DNA of 63,787 nt, counting the filler, from Octopus bimaculoides (taxonomy: Eukaryota): assembly GCF_001194135.2 (NCBI RefSeq). It is 4 parts of 4 records of this genome, joined end to end, with 100 filler letters (N's around TTAATTAATTAA, not from the genome) between each part and the next. Parts side by side here need not be neighbours in the genome. Positions count along the whole stretch, not along the records: positions 1 to 28,552 come from NC_068994.1; positions 28,653 to 56,174 come from NC_068983.1; 2 more parts are not named here. One strand, written 5' to 3'. Below, in pieces: positions 1 to 32,712 of this stretch. The position numbers and the translations under genes are program-made. Below the pieces are notes generated by a model. The model saw only the letters and a list, made by a program, of their open reading frames with translations, searched no databases and was not told the origin of the DNA. The stretch's first letter is position 1; every line of letters begins with the position of its first letter.

Positions 1-91
1 GCATCTGTACCAATGTCACATAAACGGCACCCAGCACACTCTGTAAGGTGATTGGATTTAGGAAGGGTATCCAGCCATAGAAACCATACCA

Positions 92-172
92 TAACCTCAA
101 CCCTAAACTCTAACATTAAAACCTTAACCTTAATCTAAACTCCAACCCTTAATCGTGACACTAACCCTAACC
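92..172 (+). repeat. Degenerate (CCCTAA/CCTAAC)-like hexamer tract
   Basis: Imperfect aaccct/aacctt/aaccctaaccc units are visible in the sequence. Confidence 0.45.
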
Positions 173-328
173 CAGATCAGATCATTTCATAGCATAGACT
201 ACAGATACTACAGTAGTCTGTACACTAATGTAGCACCATGTGTTGTTTAAAATACAATGAATGAATGACTCTATGCAATTTTCTTCATTATTTAAATATT
301 TCTTTTGTCTTTTAAATTCTCCTTTCAG

Positions 329-19295
<18,967 letters not shown>

Positions 19296-19453
19296 GTCAG
19301 TATATCAGTACTGAACAAAACTTTTTGCTGCTTTTTTTCTGTTTAAAGTTGTAATTTTCTAAAAAGAAACTTAGATGCATGTATAACATACATACATACA
19401 TACATAGATATGTATATATAAATTTATATACATATACACTCACACTTATATAT

Positions 19454-19484
<31 letters not shown>

Positions 19485-19496
19485 TATACATAACAC

Positions 19497-20692
19497 AGAT
19501 TGAAGTGTATATATGGATTTCTGAAATTTTGGGTATTTCTATATAGAGAGGTAAAATAAACTAAATTTATGTATTGACAGATGATTCATTTCCTATTATT
19601 TACGCAGAATTAGTAATTTAGTTGTCAATTTGCCATCCTTTTGTAGAATTAAGGCTTTGTACACATCAAGGCATGTTATGAACTAGTATTCTGCACAAAT
19701 CATTGATTCTGTAAGGAAGCATTTGGTTGTAATAGGTGATTGTTGTATTTCATCTTTCAACAGGCACTATAGGCTCTCAATTGGATTCATGTCAGATGAA
19801 TTTCCTAGCCATGGAAGTACGTTAACAGCATTTTTGGTGAACCATGTCTTTACCAATTTTGCTGTATGGCATGGTACTGAGTCCTCTTGGAATATCCAAG
19901 GCCTGTCTTCATACCATTCCCGTATTTGTGGTATTAGTCTACTTCTAAGTACCTCTATGTAACTCTCTTGGTTCATAGAACCTTCAATTATTTTCAGGTA
20001 ACTAGTTCCATAGGCAGAAATTGTCCTCCAAACCATAATCTTCTGTGGAAATTTTAGTGTTTTTCCCCACTCAACCCAAAACAGATGTTGTTTTGGGCTG
20101 AGTGAGGATGCTAGATTCCCTTGTTTGAAAATATAAGGACACAGATTGTGTTGTATAGCTGGCTTGAGACGATGTCTCCTGGTGCTAAATTACAGCAACA
20201 TTGGTCCTAAACCAGGACTGCCACGTTATGTTAGCAAACAATCTTTACTACAAAGTACTGTTGCTGAATATCTCACATTGTGAGATTTTTAAAATAGTGA
20301 TTTTCTCAGATCTCTTTGTTTACCCATCTCGGCCTGGAATTGAAACAACATGTTATTTGCACTTTAAGTACAACTTACTGCATGAATTTGTAACTAATAC
20401 ATTAGAACACAAACAAGCAGCCTACACCGCCACTACTCGACTATAACCAAAGGAAATGTGGGCTGCAGCAACTGAGTTGCATAATGCAATTTAGTGTTGC
20501 CACACAACAGAAGCTCATTATTGCCAGATGTCACTAGAAACCCGTATAAGCCATAGTCAAAATCAAAGTCAGAGAATGTACAGTTGTAAATGTGTGAAAA
20601 TTAATATAATTTAAACTTATTTGTCTCATTTGAATAACCAAACAAGCAAAATATATAGTGTTTCCTAAAAATCCATAATGTTTCCAATACTG
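19497..20692 (-). mobile_element. Decayed Tc1-family DNA transposon
   Basis: ORF 19767-20036 reads MVWRTISAYG...WIFQEDSVPCHTAK...VLPWLGNSSDMNPIESL (DDE_3 motifs QxDNAPxH and WPxxSPDLNPIE). The right end is cagtattggaaac next to TA. The left TIR is degenerate, so the left boundary is approximate. Confidence 0.8.
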
Positions 20693-20732
<40 letters not shown>

Positions 20733-23572
20733 ATAGGGATAAAAATCCAAATTTACATGTAAAAGCCCAATTAAATTCAATTTATCAAAAATCATGGATG
20801 AGTTCATGAACTTTGGTTCTTTTCTCTAAATATATATATATATATATATATATATAACAAATATTATTAACTACACATACTTAATGTATATACTTCATGT
20901 ATTTTCCAGTGGCTGCAATGAATTGTGTAGTGGAGTATAAACAGTTTCAAGGCACCGGTGCTTTGAGAGTGTATATATTCCACCATGCTATTTCAGCTGC
21001 TGGAAAATATACAAAGCATATCCATTAAGTATATGTAGTTGATAATATCTATTATAGTAGAGCTGCTTTTATCTCATATACACACACATAATCACACACA
21101 CACATTCAAGCACACATAATCACACACACACACACACACACACACATGTATATATGTATGTTGAGCAATAATTTCTTTAGAAATGCCATCAGCTTGTCAT
21201 CTTCTCCAAGTTTGTAGCTTTATGTATTGATGTGCTGAAGTTCTGTTTAATTAAGCTTTAGGTATTTATTTTAATAGTCATTCTTAATTAGCTATTTCTG
21301 TTTTTGTAGTCTTTTTTTTCTCTCCTTTTTCATGTTTTGCTTAGTTTGCTATTTCTTTGTTATTTTAATGACTTGAATTTTTTTATAATCTTTGTTTTTT
21401 GGTTGTGGTTTAGTGGTAATGTTTGTTGCCAAAAGGAAACAATCATAGAATTAAAGATCTTTCAAAATTCACCAAAGTTCTTGTAGTTTAGCCTCACATT
21501 ACCTTTGTTTGAGCAAACCTAGGTTCAGAGAGGGGCTATTCCTACCATGATCATTCTCATGTTATGTATATTTAAGACTACTTCGGCATAAAGTTCCTTT
21601 TTCTTTTTTTTCTTTTTTCTTTTTTTCAAGTTGGCAGGTTTGTGATTTGCTGATGTATTTGCTTTCTCCAGTGTACAAAGAAGATCTATTTGGATTTTTT
21701 TGATAAACAAAACTTTTATTCTTCCTATAAACAAAAAAACAAATACTGTCTTTACTACGAATGACAAAACATTGAGAGAGTTTGAATATTATTGTTCTTG
21801 GTGTAATTGTAGCAGCAATCAAACGTTATCAGCTGGTCATTGTGCTGTTGTCATCATTGTTCAGCTGCTGTCAGCTTGTGGCAGCAGCTGTCCACATCTG
21901 TGTGGGCTGTCCCCTGGTCATCTCTCTGTGCTTTCTCTCAATGCTCTCTCTCAAGTAGTCCTGGTACGCTAAATTTATAGTGCTGGATAGGCCAAGAGAG
22001 AAAGGTACAAAAAGGTGGAATCATTGCTGAAGCCAGTTCTGATTAGTTAAACTTTTTTATCATGTGGGTAATATTCTAGCAAATTTTGACATCCAGTAAT
22101 TGCTGTATATTCCCACTACACCAGCAAGAAGATTTACTGTGCAGAAGTTCTTTAACCCTTTAAATTTAGAAATCATATATATCCACACAAAATTTCATTA
22201 CCCTTATCTTTTGTAAGCCGTTTAATATACAAATCTATCTTTTATTGAGAAATATCATATTTGAGACTATTTTCTGTTGAGATATGTCAAGTTTAGTCCC
22301 TGAGACCCCTTTCGGAGCCCCCTACCTAATATATAATATCCAAATAAAATTCCCCCTACCTAGTATATAATATTCAAATAAAAAGCAGTTAAGCAAGGAA
22401 GTATATGTAAAATAGCTGTGAGACTGAAGAGATAAGAAACGAGGTGAAGGATTCTGGGAGAGGTTTTTCTTAGCCCCTGGTTATTTCAAGCTCAAACTGG
22501 CCTATGATCAAAGTCATGCAAGCTGTGATCATCCAGCTTTTTTTTTTTTCTTTTCTTTTTTATCTCTAAAACTGTAATGTATACAGAACTCCGTTTCCTT
22601 AGACACATTTTTCTTTCTATTTCTGCTGCTTTTTTCTGTTAGTAGGGTGTGTGATGTGACTAAGATTTGGCCATTATATCTTGTAGGTTCAGTGACATCG
22701 TAGAAGCTCCTTGTTCGGCACATCAAAAACATTTTGAGTAGTTGTTGTTTCTCTTGAATACGCCATCCCTTAAGTCTTATCCATTTCATTCTTTTANNNN
22801 NNNNNNNNNNNNNNNNNNNNNNNNNNNNNNNNNNNNNNNNNNNNNNNNNNNNNNNNNNNNNNNNNNNNNNNNNNNNNNNNNNNNNNNNNNNNNNNNNNNN
22901 NNNNNNNNNNNNNNNNNNNNNNNNNNNNNNNNNNNNNNNNNNNNNNNNNNNNNNNNNNNNNNNNNNNNNNNNNNNNNNNNNNNNNNNNNNNNNNNNNNNN
23001 NNNNNNNNNNNNNNNNNNNNNNNNNNNNNNNNNNNNNNNNNNNNNNNNNNNNNNNNNNNNNNNNNNNNNNNNNNNNNNNNNNNNNNNNNNNNNNNNNNNN
23101 NNNNNNNNNNNNNNNNNNNNNNNNNNNNNNNNNNNNNNNNNNNNNNNNNNNNNNNNNNNNNNNNNNNNNNNNNNNNNNNNNNNNNNNNNNNNNNNNNNNN
23201 NNNNNNNNNNNNNNNNNNNNNNNNNNNNNNNNNNNNNNNNNNNNNNNNNNNNNNNNNNNNNNNNNNNNNNNNNNNNNNNNNNNNNNNNNNNNNNNNNNNN
23301 NNNNNNNNNNNNNNNNNNNNNNNNNNNNNNNNNNNNNNNNNNNNNNNNNNNNNNNNNNNNNNNNNNNNNNNNNNNNNNNNNNNNNNNNNNNNNNNNNNNN
23401 NNNNNNNNNNNNNNNNNNNNNNNNNNNNNNNNNNNNNNNNNNNNNNNNNNNNNNNNNNNNNNNNNNNNNNNNNNNNNNNNNNNNNNNNNNNNNNNNNNNN
23501 NNNNNNNNNNNNNNNNNNNNNNNNNNNNNNNNNNNNNNNNNNNNNNNNNNNNNNNNNNNNNNNNNNNNNNNN

Positions 23573-23611
<39 letters not shown>

Positions 23612-24557
23612 ATCTGTATTTACATATGCATATATATATATGTGTATATATATATATGTGTATATAAATATATATAATATATATATATGTGACATGCCCG
23701 GGTGTTTAGTTTTTTTTTCTCATTACCCCATCTCACCTTATCCTCACCAGCACACAACAACATTATTCCCACCCATCACCATTACTACTACTACCACCAC
23801 CTCCACTACCTTCACCACCACTACCACCACCACAAAAACCATAGCCTTGCGTCCATTGTATTTTTGCTCTTCTTATATATATATATATATATATATTTTT
23901 TATCCATTTATTAATTTATTTGTTAAATACTATTATTTATTGATTTGAAGAAAAGGAAAAAAAAAACCCAACAAATTTTAAGAATCTCTCTTTTATTCTT
24001 TGTGCTATGCTTTTGTTTCTGAACCCCTTTCTTCATTTTTATTTCTTTGCTTGTAATTCATTAATTAGTTAATTAAAACAATTAAGTTAAGTAATTAGAA
24101 TAACAAAAGGTTAATATTTTCTTTTTTTTTTATTTACAAGTTATTAAGAACAGCCCACATCTTGCACAAGGTACTATCAATTTAACAGAATAGCTCATGA
24201 TTCAATGCAATAGCTCAAATAGAACTGTCTTCATGCACAACATGCACTCTATACAACAGCTTAATAGTCTAAAACACAACTCACACAATGTATACTATAC
24301 AAGACTAAGGCCCAATAAGGTAACTGAACTCATGTTGCACACACTGCACACTACAGAACATACACTATTATATCAAGAAGCAAGAAACTAAACTCCGTAA
24401 TAAAACAAACTGGTGTAGTACACCAAGAAGAGTTGTCTGTGCTCCCCCAATCCCAACAAAAATAACAACACAATGCTGTTTACACACATCAGGTCCGCAG
24501 AGATAAATGAAGTGGTACACAAGAAATTTGCATTAAACTACCAAAGGAAAACTTACC

Positions 24558-24593
<36 letters not shown>

Positions 24594-27500
24594 GTCTTAA
24601 ATTTTGGCACAAAGCCAGCAACTCTGGGGGAAGGGGTAAGTTGATTATATCAACCCCGGTGTCAACTGGTACTTATTTTATCTACCCTTTTTCCCTTTTT
24701 CCTTCTAGTCCTTTTCTTATCTTGCAAGTTACTTGGCTACCTCACTAATGCTGGTGCCTCAAAAAAAATTACCCAGTATACTCTGTAAAGTGGTTGCTGT
24801 TAGAAAGGACATCTAGCCATAGAAATCATGCTAAAGCTGTCACTGGGAGCTTGACACAGCCTTATGGCTCACTGGATCCTGTTAAACTGTCTAACCCATA
24901 CTAACATGGAAAAGAACATTAAATGATGATGATGATGATGAGGATTCAATGTGTCCTTTGATTCTTCAGACAGTAAAATGTGACTTGAGGATGATTTAAC
25001 AGTGATTTCTAGTAGGTTAAGTGACTGCATAGAGGCTCTTCTGTTGGCTTGTATTCCTTTTTTTTTTCTTTTTGAAATTAACAAAAATTATTAGAATCTT
25101 ACGAGTCGGCAGATTAATATCATCATCATCATCATCATCATCCTCATCATCACTTAACCCTTTTGATACCAGCTTGGCTGAGACTGCCCCTGGCTCTGTA
25201 GTACAAATGTCTTATTTTTAAAAGTTCTGAATTAAAATCTTCCATCAAGCCTTAGTCACAATTTATGTTCCTAGCACTAGCTTAATGATAACTTATTTTA
25301 CTAAATTCTTTGTTAGATTTAAAATTAATTGAAAGAAACACAGCATTTCAATAGAATTATGGTAACAAAAAAGTTAATGTTTGTTTTCCATGCTGGCATG
25401 GGTTGGACAGTTTGACCAGAGCTGGCAAGCTGAAGAGTTGCACTAGGGCTCCAGTCTGATTTGGCATGGTTTTCATGGCTGGATGCCCTTCCTAATGCCA
25501 ACCACTTTACAGAGTGTGTTGGTTGCTTTTATGTTGCACTACATGGGCACTTCTACATGGCACCAGCGTGAGTGCTTTTTATGTGGCATTGGCACATGAC
25601 TCTTTCAGACCAATCCTTTTCACCAGGGGAGTGCTCTTAATATTCCTACTGTGGAGTACGGGTCTTCTTGAGTACAGCAAGGTGCCAAGTACTAGTTAAT
25701 TAAATTGGTAAATTTAAGCTCATTAACCCCTTTTATACTTATTTGCTTGAGACCACTTCTGGTTCTATGATACAAATTTCTTGTTTTAAAGTCGAAATTA
25801 AAACCTTCCATCAAAATTTCATGTTAATTTATGTTTCAAATACTAGCTTAATAATGACAGTTATTTTACTAAATTTTCCATTATTTGAAAAATTATTGAA
25901 ATGAAGGCAGCGTATTTCAGCAGAAATATGGAAACATGAATGTTAAAGAACAGAGATTTATGTGATTAATTTTGATGGGAACTTAATCTTTGATTCAAAC
26001 TGAAATTTTAGGTTCATTTTTATTTTCTTCACAAATTGAAAAAATTCATTTGACCAATTTTTTGTATCTTCATTCTTTCTTTTGTTTCCTTATATTTTTC
26101 CTTATATTTTTTCTTCTATTTTCTTTTTTAAAAACTTTTCTGAGGTTTCCAATTGTTGATAGACTATCTTCTTTTATGCCTACATACTTGTATATACACA
26201 CACATATGTACATTTACATATATACAAAATACAAACATTTTTATATAGCAAGTGCCTGTCAATTTTGGAATACTTTTATTATTTCTCTTGGTTCCTTGTA
26301 TTCCTGTGATTTTATCTTTAAATAATTTCTGATTTTTCCAATGTTAAACTTTATCTACTCAACACTCAAACATGTTTATATATACACATTTGTTTATATA
26401 TACACATTTGTTTATATATATATATATATATNNNNNNNNNNNNNNNNNNNNNNNNNATTTTGTCATTAACGTAGTTCTCAGGGAGATTCAGCCTCATATA
26501 AAGTATGACAAGGTTAGCCCCTTTGAATTAAAGCTACAACTCATTTTGGCCAGCTGAGTGGACTGGGGCAAGGTAGACCTTCAAGTGGTTGGAAGAAAAT
26601 AGAAAAAGATCTTATATAGGGGCAGGAAAATCTTTTTAGTCAGGTATTAATCCTGTCTTAACAGCTGCATTTGTGGGTCTCAAAGATCTAAAGGCCAGGC
26701 TACCAGTTAAACACACACACGCACACACACACACACACTTATATATATACATATGTATGTATATATATATATGTATGTATGTATACCCACACACACACAC
26801 ATATATACATACAACGGGCTTTCACACAGTTTCCACCTGCCAAATTCATTCGCAAGGCATTGGTCAGCCCAGGTCTATAGTAGAAGACACATGCCCAATG
26901 TGCTGCACAGTGGGATTGAACCTGAAACCACATGGTTGTAAAGTGAGCTTCTTAACCACACGCCTATGCCTGCACCTGTGTTTTGGCAAATTTGAAATTA
27001 ATCTCAAAATTTAATTATTCTCAAAAGTCTCTGTTCTTTTGTTTTGTTTCCTTCTTAAATAATTAGTTGTCTCTTGTGGGTAATTAATTTCATTTTCATT
27101 GTTACATAGTGGTGTTTATTTATCAATTTATTTATTTATAATATTGTTGATATTGTTGTTGCTGTTCATTTGTTGGTGTTAATTTAATTGCTTTGTAGCT
27201 GAACCATAATTTATATCTTATTTTTCAATTTCCTTGTCTACACGATATCTTTAATGACTAATTATAGAAATCTCTGTGTAGAATCTCCAAATTATATTGG
27301 TTTCTTTTATGAGTTGCTATTTCCTCCTCACACAACTTTCTCGTTTCCATGTATTATAATAAAAAGCTTAATGCAGTCTTATGTATTATAACTGCTTAAT
27401 TAAATTTCAGTGTTTTAGGCATAGGAATTACTTGTTGAATCAAGAGAGAGAAGTGAAATATAATTAGCTTTTATCTCTTATCTTTTACCTTTTACATGTT

Positions 27501-27873
27501 TCAGTCGCTAGACCGTGGCCATGCTGGGGCACTGCCTTGAAGCATTTTAGTCAAACAAATTGACCCCAGTATTTTTTTGTTTTTTAAAGCCTGGAACTTA
27601 TTCTATCAGTCTCTTTTGGTGAGCCGCTACAACAATTGTCAATCAGTGGTAGGAAATGACACAAACACACATGCACACACATGACAGGCTTCTTTCAGTT
27701 TCTATTTACCGAATCAACTCACCAGGCTTCGGTTGGCCTGAGGCAATTATAGAGGTAAACTGTTAGTGCACATATACACAGGATTTAAGTTAACTATGTT
27801 GTATTGAAACATGTGTGGTGTTTATTAAATGGATGTCTAAATGTACTCATTCTCGACTCTATTTATTCAATTA

Positions 27874-27877
<4 letters not shown>

Positions 27878-27966
<89 letters not shown>

Positions 27967-28076
27967 ATATATGTGTGTGTGTGTGTGTATATATATGTGT
28001 GTGTGTGTGTGTATATATATGTGTGTGTGTGTGTGTGTATATATATGTGTGTGTGTGTGTGTGTATACATATATAT
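27878..28076 (+). repeat. Higher-order compound (TA)n(TG)n microsatellite
   Basis: Alternating TA and TG blocks recur with a period of about 20-24 bp. Confidence 0.9.
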
Positions 28077-28302
28077 GAGTAATGTTTGTTGCCACTTCAA
28101 CATGGCTGTTCCATACATAGCAATGTTACTGCTGCTTTTTAACCCTGGGAGGACTTCTTTTACTGGGGTTAAAAAATAGTAGTAACATTGTTCCATACAG
28201 AGCAGCCATGGTAAAGCAGCAACAAACATTACTTTTCAGTATAATTACTACTTGCATCCCTTATAGAGATTTTAGAACTAACTACTTTGCTTATCTATAC
28301 AC

Positions 28303-28356
<54 letters not shown>

Positions 28357-28552
28357 TCTTTTATTTGTTTCAGTCATTTGACTGTGGGTATGCTGGAGCA
28401 CCGCCTTTAGTCGGACAAATCGACCCCAGTACTTGTTTTTTGTAAGCCTAGTACTTATTCTATCAGTCTCTTTTGCCGAACCGCTAAGTTACAGGGACAT
28501 GAACACACCAACATCGGTTGTCAAGTGATGGTGGGGAACAAACACACACACA

Positions 28553-28652
28553 NNNNNNNNNNNNNNNNNNNNNNNNNNNNNNNNNNNNNNNNNNNNTTAA
28601 TTAATTAANNNNNNNNNNNNNNNNNNNNNNNNNNNNNNNNNNNNNNNNNNNN
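28553..28652. other. Artificial 100-bp scaffold-join spacer (N44-TTAATTAATTAA-N44)
   Basis: The palindromic 12-mer has stops in all six frames and is centred in exactly 44 N on each side. The same structure occurs three times. Confidence 0.95.
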
Positions 28653-30894
28653 GGCCATTTTCGTGCGGGTGACACGTAAAAGCACCCACTACACTCTCTG
28701 AGTGGTTGGCGTTAGGAAGGGCATCCAGCTGTAGAAACTCTGCTAAATTAGATTGGAGCCTGGTGTTGCCATCCGGTTTCACCAGTCCTCAGTCAAATCG
28801 TCCAACCCATGATAGCATGGAAAGCGGACGTTAAACGATGATGATGATGATGATATATATATATATACGATAGCTTCTACACAGTTTCTGTTTATAAAAT
28901 TCATTCACAAGTTATTGGTTGGCTTGGGTCTATAATAGAAGACACTTGCCCAAGGTCCCATGCAGTGGGACTGAACCTGAAACCATATGGTTAGAAATCA
29001 AGCTTCTTAACCACATAGTTATGCCTGTCCTTGGGTATCTTTTATAATACACTTTATTGTAAGCATTCAAACCAAGTCTTAGTCCTAAGAATAATTCCAT
29101 ATTTTTATGTGGCTTCCAACTACAGCAACCATAAGTCTTGTCTTCTTATTATAGCAGGTCTTTAGGCATCTCTTCTTCCAACTTGTACCTTAAAAAAAGG
29201 ATAATTTCTGATGTAGGCACTAAGCCAGAAATTTTGAGGGGGATGTGCTAGTTAATACTATCAACTCCAGTACTCAAATTGGTACATTACTTTATTGACC
29301 CCAGAAGGATGAAAGGCAAAATTGACTCCAGTGGGAATTGAATTCAAAATGTAGAGAGTTGAAAGAGATAACTGCAAGGTATTTTGTCCAATGCACTAAT
29401 AATTCTCTCAGCTCACTGCAAATAATGATGATGATGATAATAATAATAATAATAATAATAATAATCCTTTCTATTATAGGCACGAGGCCTGAAATTTCGA
29501 GCAAGTGGGGCTAGTGGATTGCATTGACCCCAGTGCTTGACTTGTATTTATTTTATCGACTCCAAAAGGATGTGAGGCAAAGTCGGCCACAGCGAAATTT
29601 GAACTCACTAATAATAATAATAATAATAATAATAACAACAATAATAACAGTAATGGTTTCAAATTTTGGCACACAGTCAGCAATTTTGGGGGGAGGGGTA
29701 AGTCAATTACATNNNNNNNNNNNNNNNNNNNNNNNNNNNNNNNNNNNNNNNNNNNNNNNNNNNNNNNNNNNNNNNNNNNNNNNNNNNNNNNNNNNNNNNN
29801 NNNNNNNNNNNNNNNNNNNNNNNNNNNNNNNNNNNNNNNNNNNNNNNNNNNNNNNNNNNNNNNNNNNNNNNNNNNNNNNNNNNNNNNNNNNNNNNNNNNN
29901 NNNNNNNNNNNNNNNNNNNNNNNNNNNNNNNNNNNNNNNNNNNNNNNNNNNNNNNNNNNNNNNNNNNNNNNNNNNNNNNNNNNNNNNNNNNNNNNNNNNN
30001 NNNNNNNNNNNNNNNNNNNNNNNNNNNNNNNNNNNNNNNNNNNNNNNNNNNNNNNNNNNNNNNNNNNNNNNNNNNNNNNNNNNNNNNNNNNNNNNNNNNN
30101 NNNNNNNNNNNNNNNNNNNNNNNNNNNNNNNNNNNNNNNNNNNNNNNNNNNNNNNNNNNNNNNNNNNNNNNNNNNNNNNNNNNNNNNNNNNNNNNNNNNN
30201 NNNNNNNNNNNNNNNNNNNNNNNNNNNNNNNNNNNNNNNNNNNNNNNNNNNNNNNNNNNNNNNNNNNNNNNNNNTTTTTTTTTTTTTTTTTTTTTTTAAT
30301 AATAATAATGGTTTCAGTCACTAGGCCAGCAATTTTTGAAAGGAGAGAGTTAGTTGGTACCATTAACTCCAGTACTTAACTGGTACTTTATTTTATCAAC
30401 ACCAGACAGACAAAAGGCAAAGTTGAAAATCCAGATAAGCTTTGGCTTTATGAGCCTGTTGGCTCAAAGCAGACTTTAGCAGTATGATTTGATGCAGGTT
30501 TGGTTGCTATTTCTAGCAAGGCAAGTAACCATGTAATGGCTCTATCACTGACATTCTTTAAATGTTTATTACTTCAATGTTTCCACCTAAAGCAGCAGCT
30601 CTCAAACTGACAGATATCAGTAAAATTCTTTGGCACCTATGTCTTTATTAAGAAGACATGATATTTTGTATCCACATAATTCTTCTTTCTTCATTATGAT
30701 GTTGGAGAAGTTACAAAAGTTGGAAACCATCATCTTCATCATCTTTTAATATCCATTTCCCATGCTGGCATGGGTTGGATGGTTTGACATAAACTGGTAA
30801 GCTGGAGAGCTACACTAGGCTCCATTTGTCTATTTTGGCATGGTTTCTACAGCTGGATGCCCTTCCTAATGCCAACCACTCTACAGCGTGTACT

Positions 30895-31150
30895 GGGTGC
30901 TTTTCACATGGCACCAATACAGTTGCTTTTCACATAGCACCAGCACAAGTGTTTTTAACACAGCACTAGCACAGGTGTTTTTTATGTAACACCAGCACAG
31001 GTGTTTTTATGTGACACCAGCACAGGTGCCCTTAACATGGCACAGGACAGGTGCTCTTAATGTGGCACCAACACAGGTGCTCTTAATGTGGCACCAGCAC
31101 AGGTATTGTTTACATGGCACCAGCACAAGTGCCTTTTATGTGGCACCAGT
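30895..31150 (+). repeat. About 26-bp minisatellite, about 10 diverged copies (tttnatgtggcaccagcacaggtgct-like)
   Basis: The units are contiguous, have no unique spacers, and are embedded in a family E repeat. Confidence 0.85.
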
Positions 31151-31283
31151 AGGATCACCAAGTAACTTGTAAGACATGGACCTTCCAGCTGAATTTTATT
31201 AAAGATGTAGATTTGTTAGAGCTCACCCCAATTTCAATACTTACAGCTCCTTCCACCACCCTGCGTTATGAGAAGCATTGACC

Positions 31284-31520
31284 TAGAGCACTGTTCCTCA
31301 ATCTTTTTTGCTCCACAAACCAGTTTCATGCAAGCAAGGCAAATTTTTCCACTGACCGAGGGATCATGTTCATAACTAAACACAAAGTACATGAAATATA
31401 ATTATTACATATATAATATATATTATAATGCAAAAACACCCTGAAGACTGTGACAGTCAAGAATGTAGTCTTTCTGTGTGACCTGGTACCAGATGAGCCA
31501 TGGCCTGGTGGTTGGGGGTC
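31284..31520. mobile_element. Degenerate hAT (MER5-like) MITE
   Basis: Ends cactgttcctcaatc and ggttgggggtccct resemble hAT TIRs. No clear TSD. Confidence 0.45.
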
Positions 31521-32614
31521 CCTAATCTAGATTTTATTATATTGGTACTTTGAGTGTTTTTGTGCATGTATCATCATCATTTTGGCATGGGTTGGATGGT
31601 TTGATAAGATCCAACAAGGGCCACATCATATTCCAGTGTCTCAGTTTTGGCATCATTTTCATGGTTGAATCATCATCATCATCATCATCATCATTTAACC
31701 TCTGTTTTCCATGCTGGCATGAGCTGGGTGGCTTGACAGGAACTGGTAAGGCCAGGGGCCACACCAGGTTCCATAGTCTATTTTGATATGGTTTCTATGA
31801 CTGGATTCCCTTCCTAATGCCAACTGCTTTACAGAGTGTACTGGGTGCTTTTATCATGACACCAGCACCAGTGCTTTTAATACAGCATCAGCACTTACCC
31901 CAATGCTTTTTATGTGACCCATTAGTTTTAGGATCTCAATTCTGTTGTGGTGGGCAGGTCTTCTTGAGTACAGTAATGCACCACATATTTCGGTTTTTGT
32001 CATCTCCTTCGTAAGGCTCAGTGTTTTGAGATTGGCCTTCAATACTTCATCCTGTGTCTTCCTGGATCTCCCTCTTCCACAGCTTCCTTGCTTTACAGAG
32101 TGTACTGAATGCATTTTATTGTGGCACCAGCACTTTGAATGTTGTCTTGCTCCCAGCAAAGATGAACACATCCTGTCAACCCTGTATTGTCTCTACTTGA
32201 TTCACCATCAAATTTTACAATGTGTAGAGAGCAGTTTTTCCTGTGATATCAACACTAATGAGGTTGCCTTGTAACTTGCAAGACTATAGAGCCTCCATAA
32301 GAGAGAGAAGAATAGGAATCAGAAAATGATGACTTAGTGAAGTGATGAGAGAGGATAAAAATATAATCGGAAAGAATAGAAGGATTATGCTTGCATTTTT
32401 GTATGGTTCATTCATTTTTCCAGCTATGGCTTCCTGCTATTTAAATTTATGACAGTATTTCTGATCTGATTCCTATTGATATGCGCATAAAATGTGTGTG
32501 TGTTATGTATATAGGTAAAAGTATGATAAACAGAAGATACAGTTTGTTCCCTATGCATATATGTGCGTGTCTGTACGCATGCACATACAATGTGCACACA
32601 TGCATACATTCATA

Positions 32615-32712
<98 letters not shown>

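Noticed and set aside
92-172. Interstitial telomere or chromosome fusion site
   Set aside because: The tract is too short and degenerate. Such tracts are common in repeat debris.
27804-28229. YIYI/CVCV/HTHT and poly-I/L/S ORFs here and throughout the window
   Set aside because: These are translations of TA, TG, CA, ATT and CT microsatellites with no coding signal.
30895-31150. CRISPR-like array
   Set aside because: The units are contiguous and diverged with no unique spacers, there are no cas genes, and the context is eukaryotic. It is a minisatellite.
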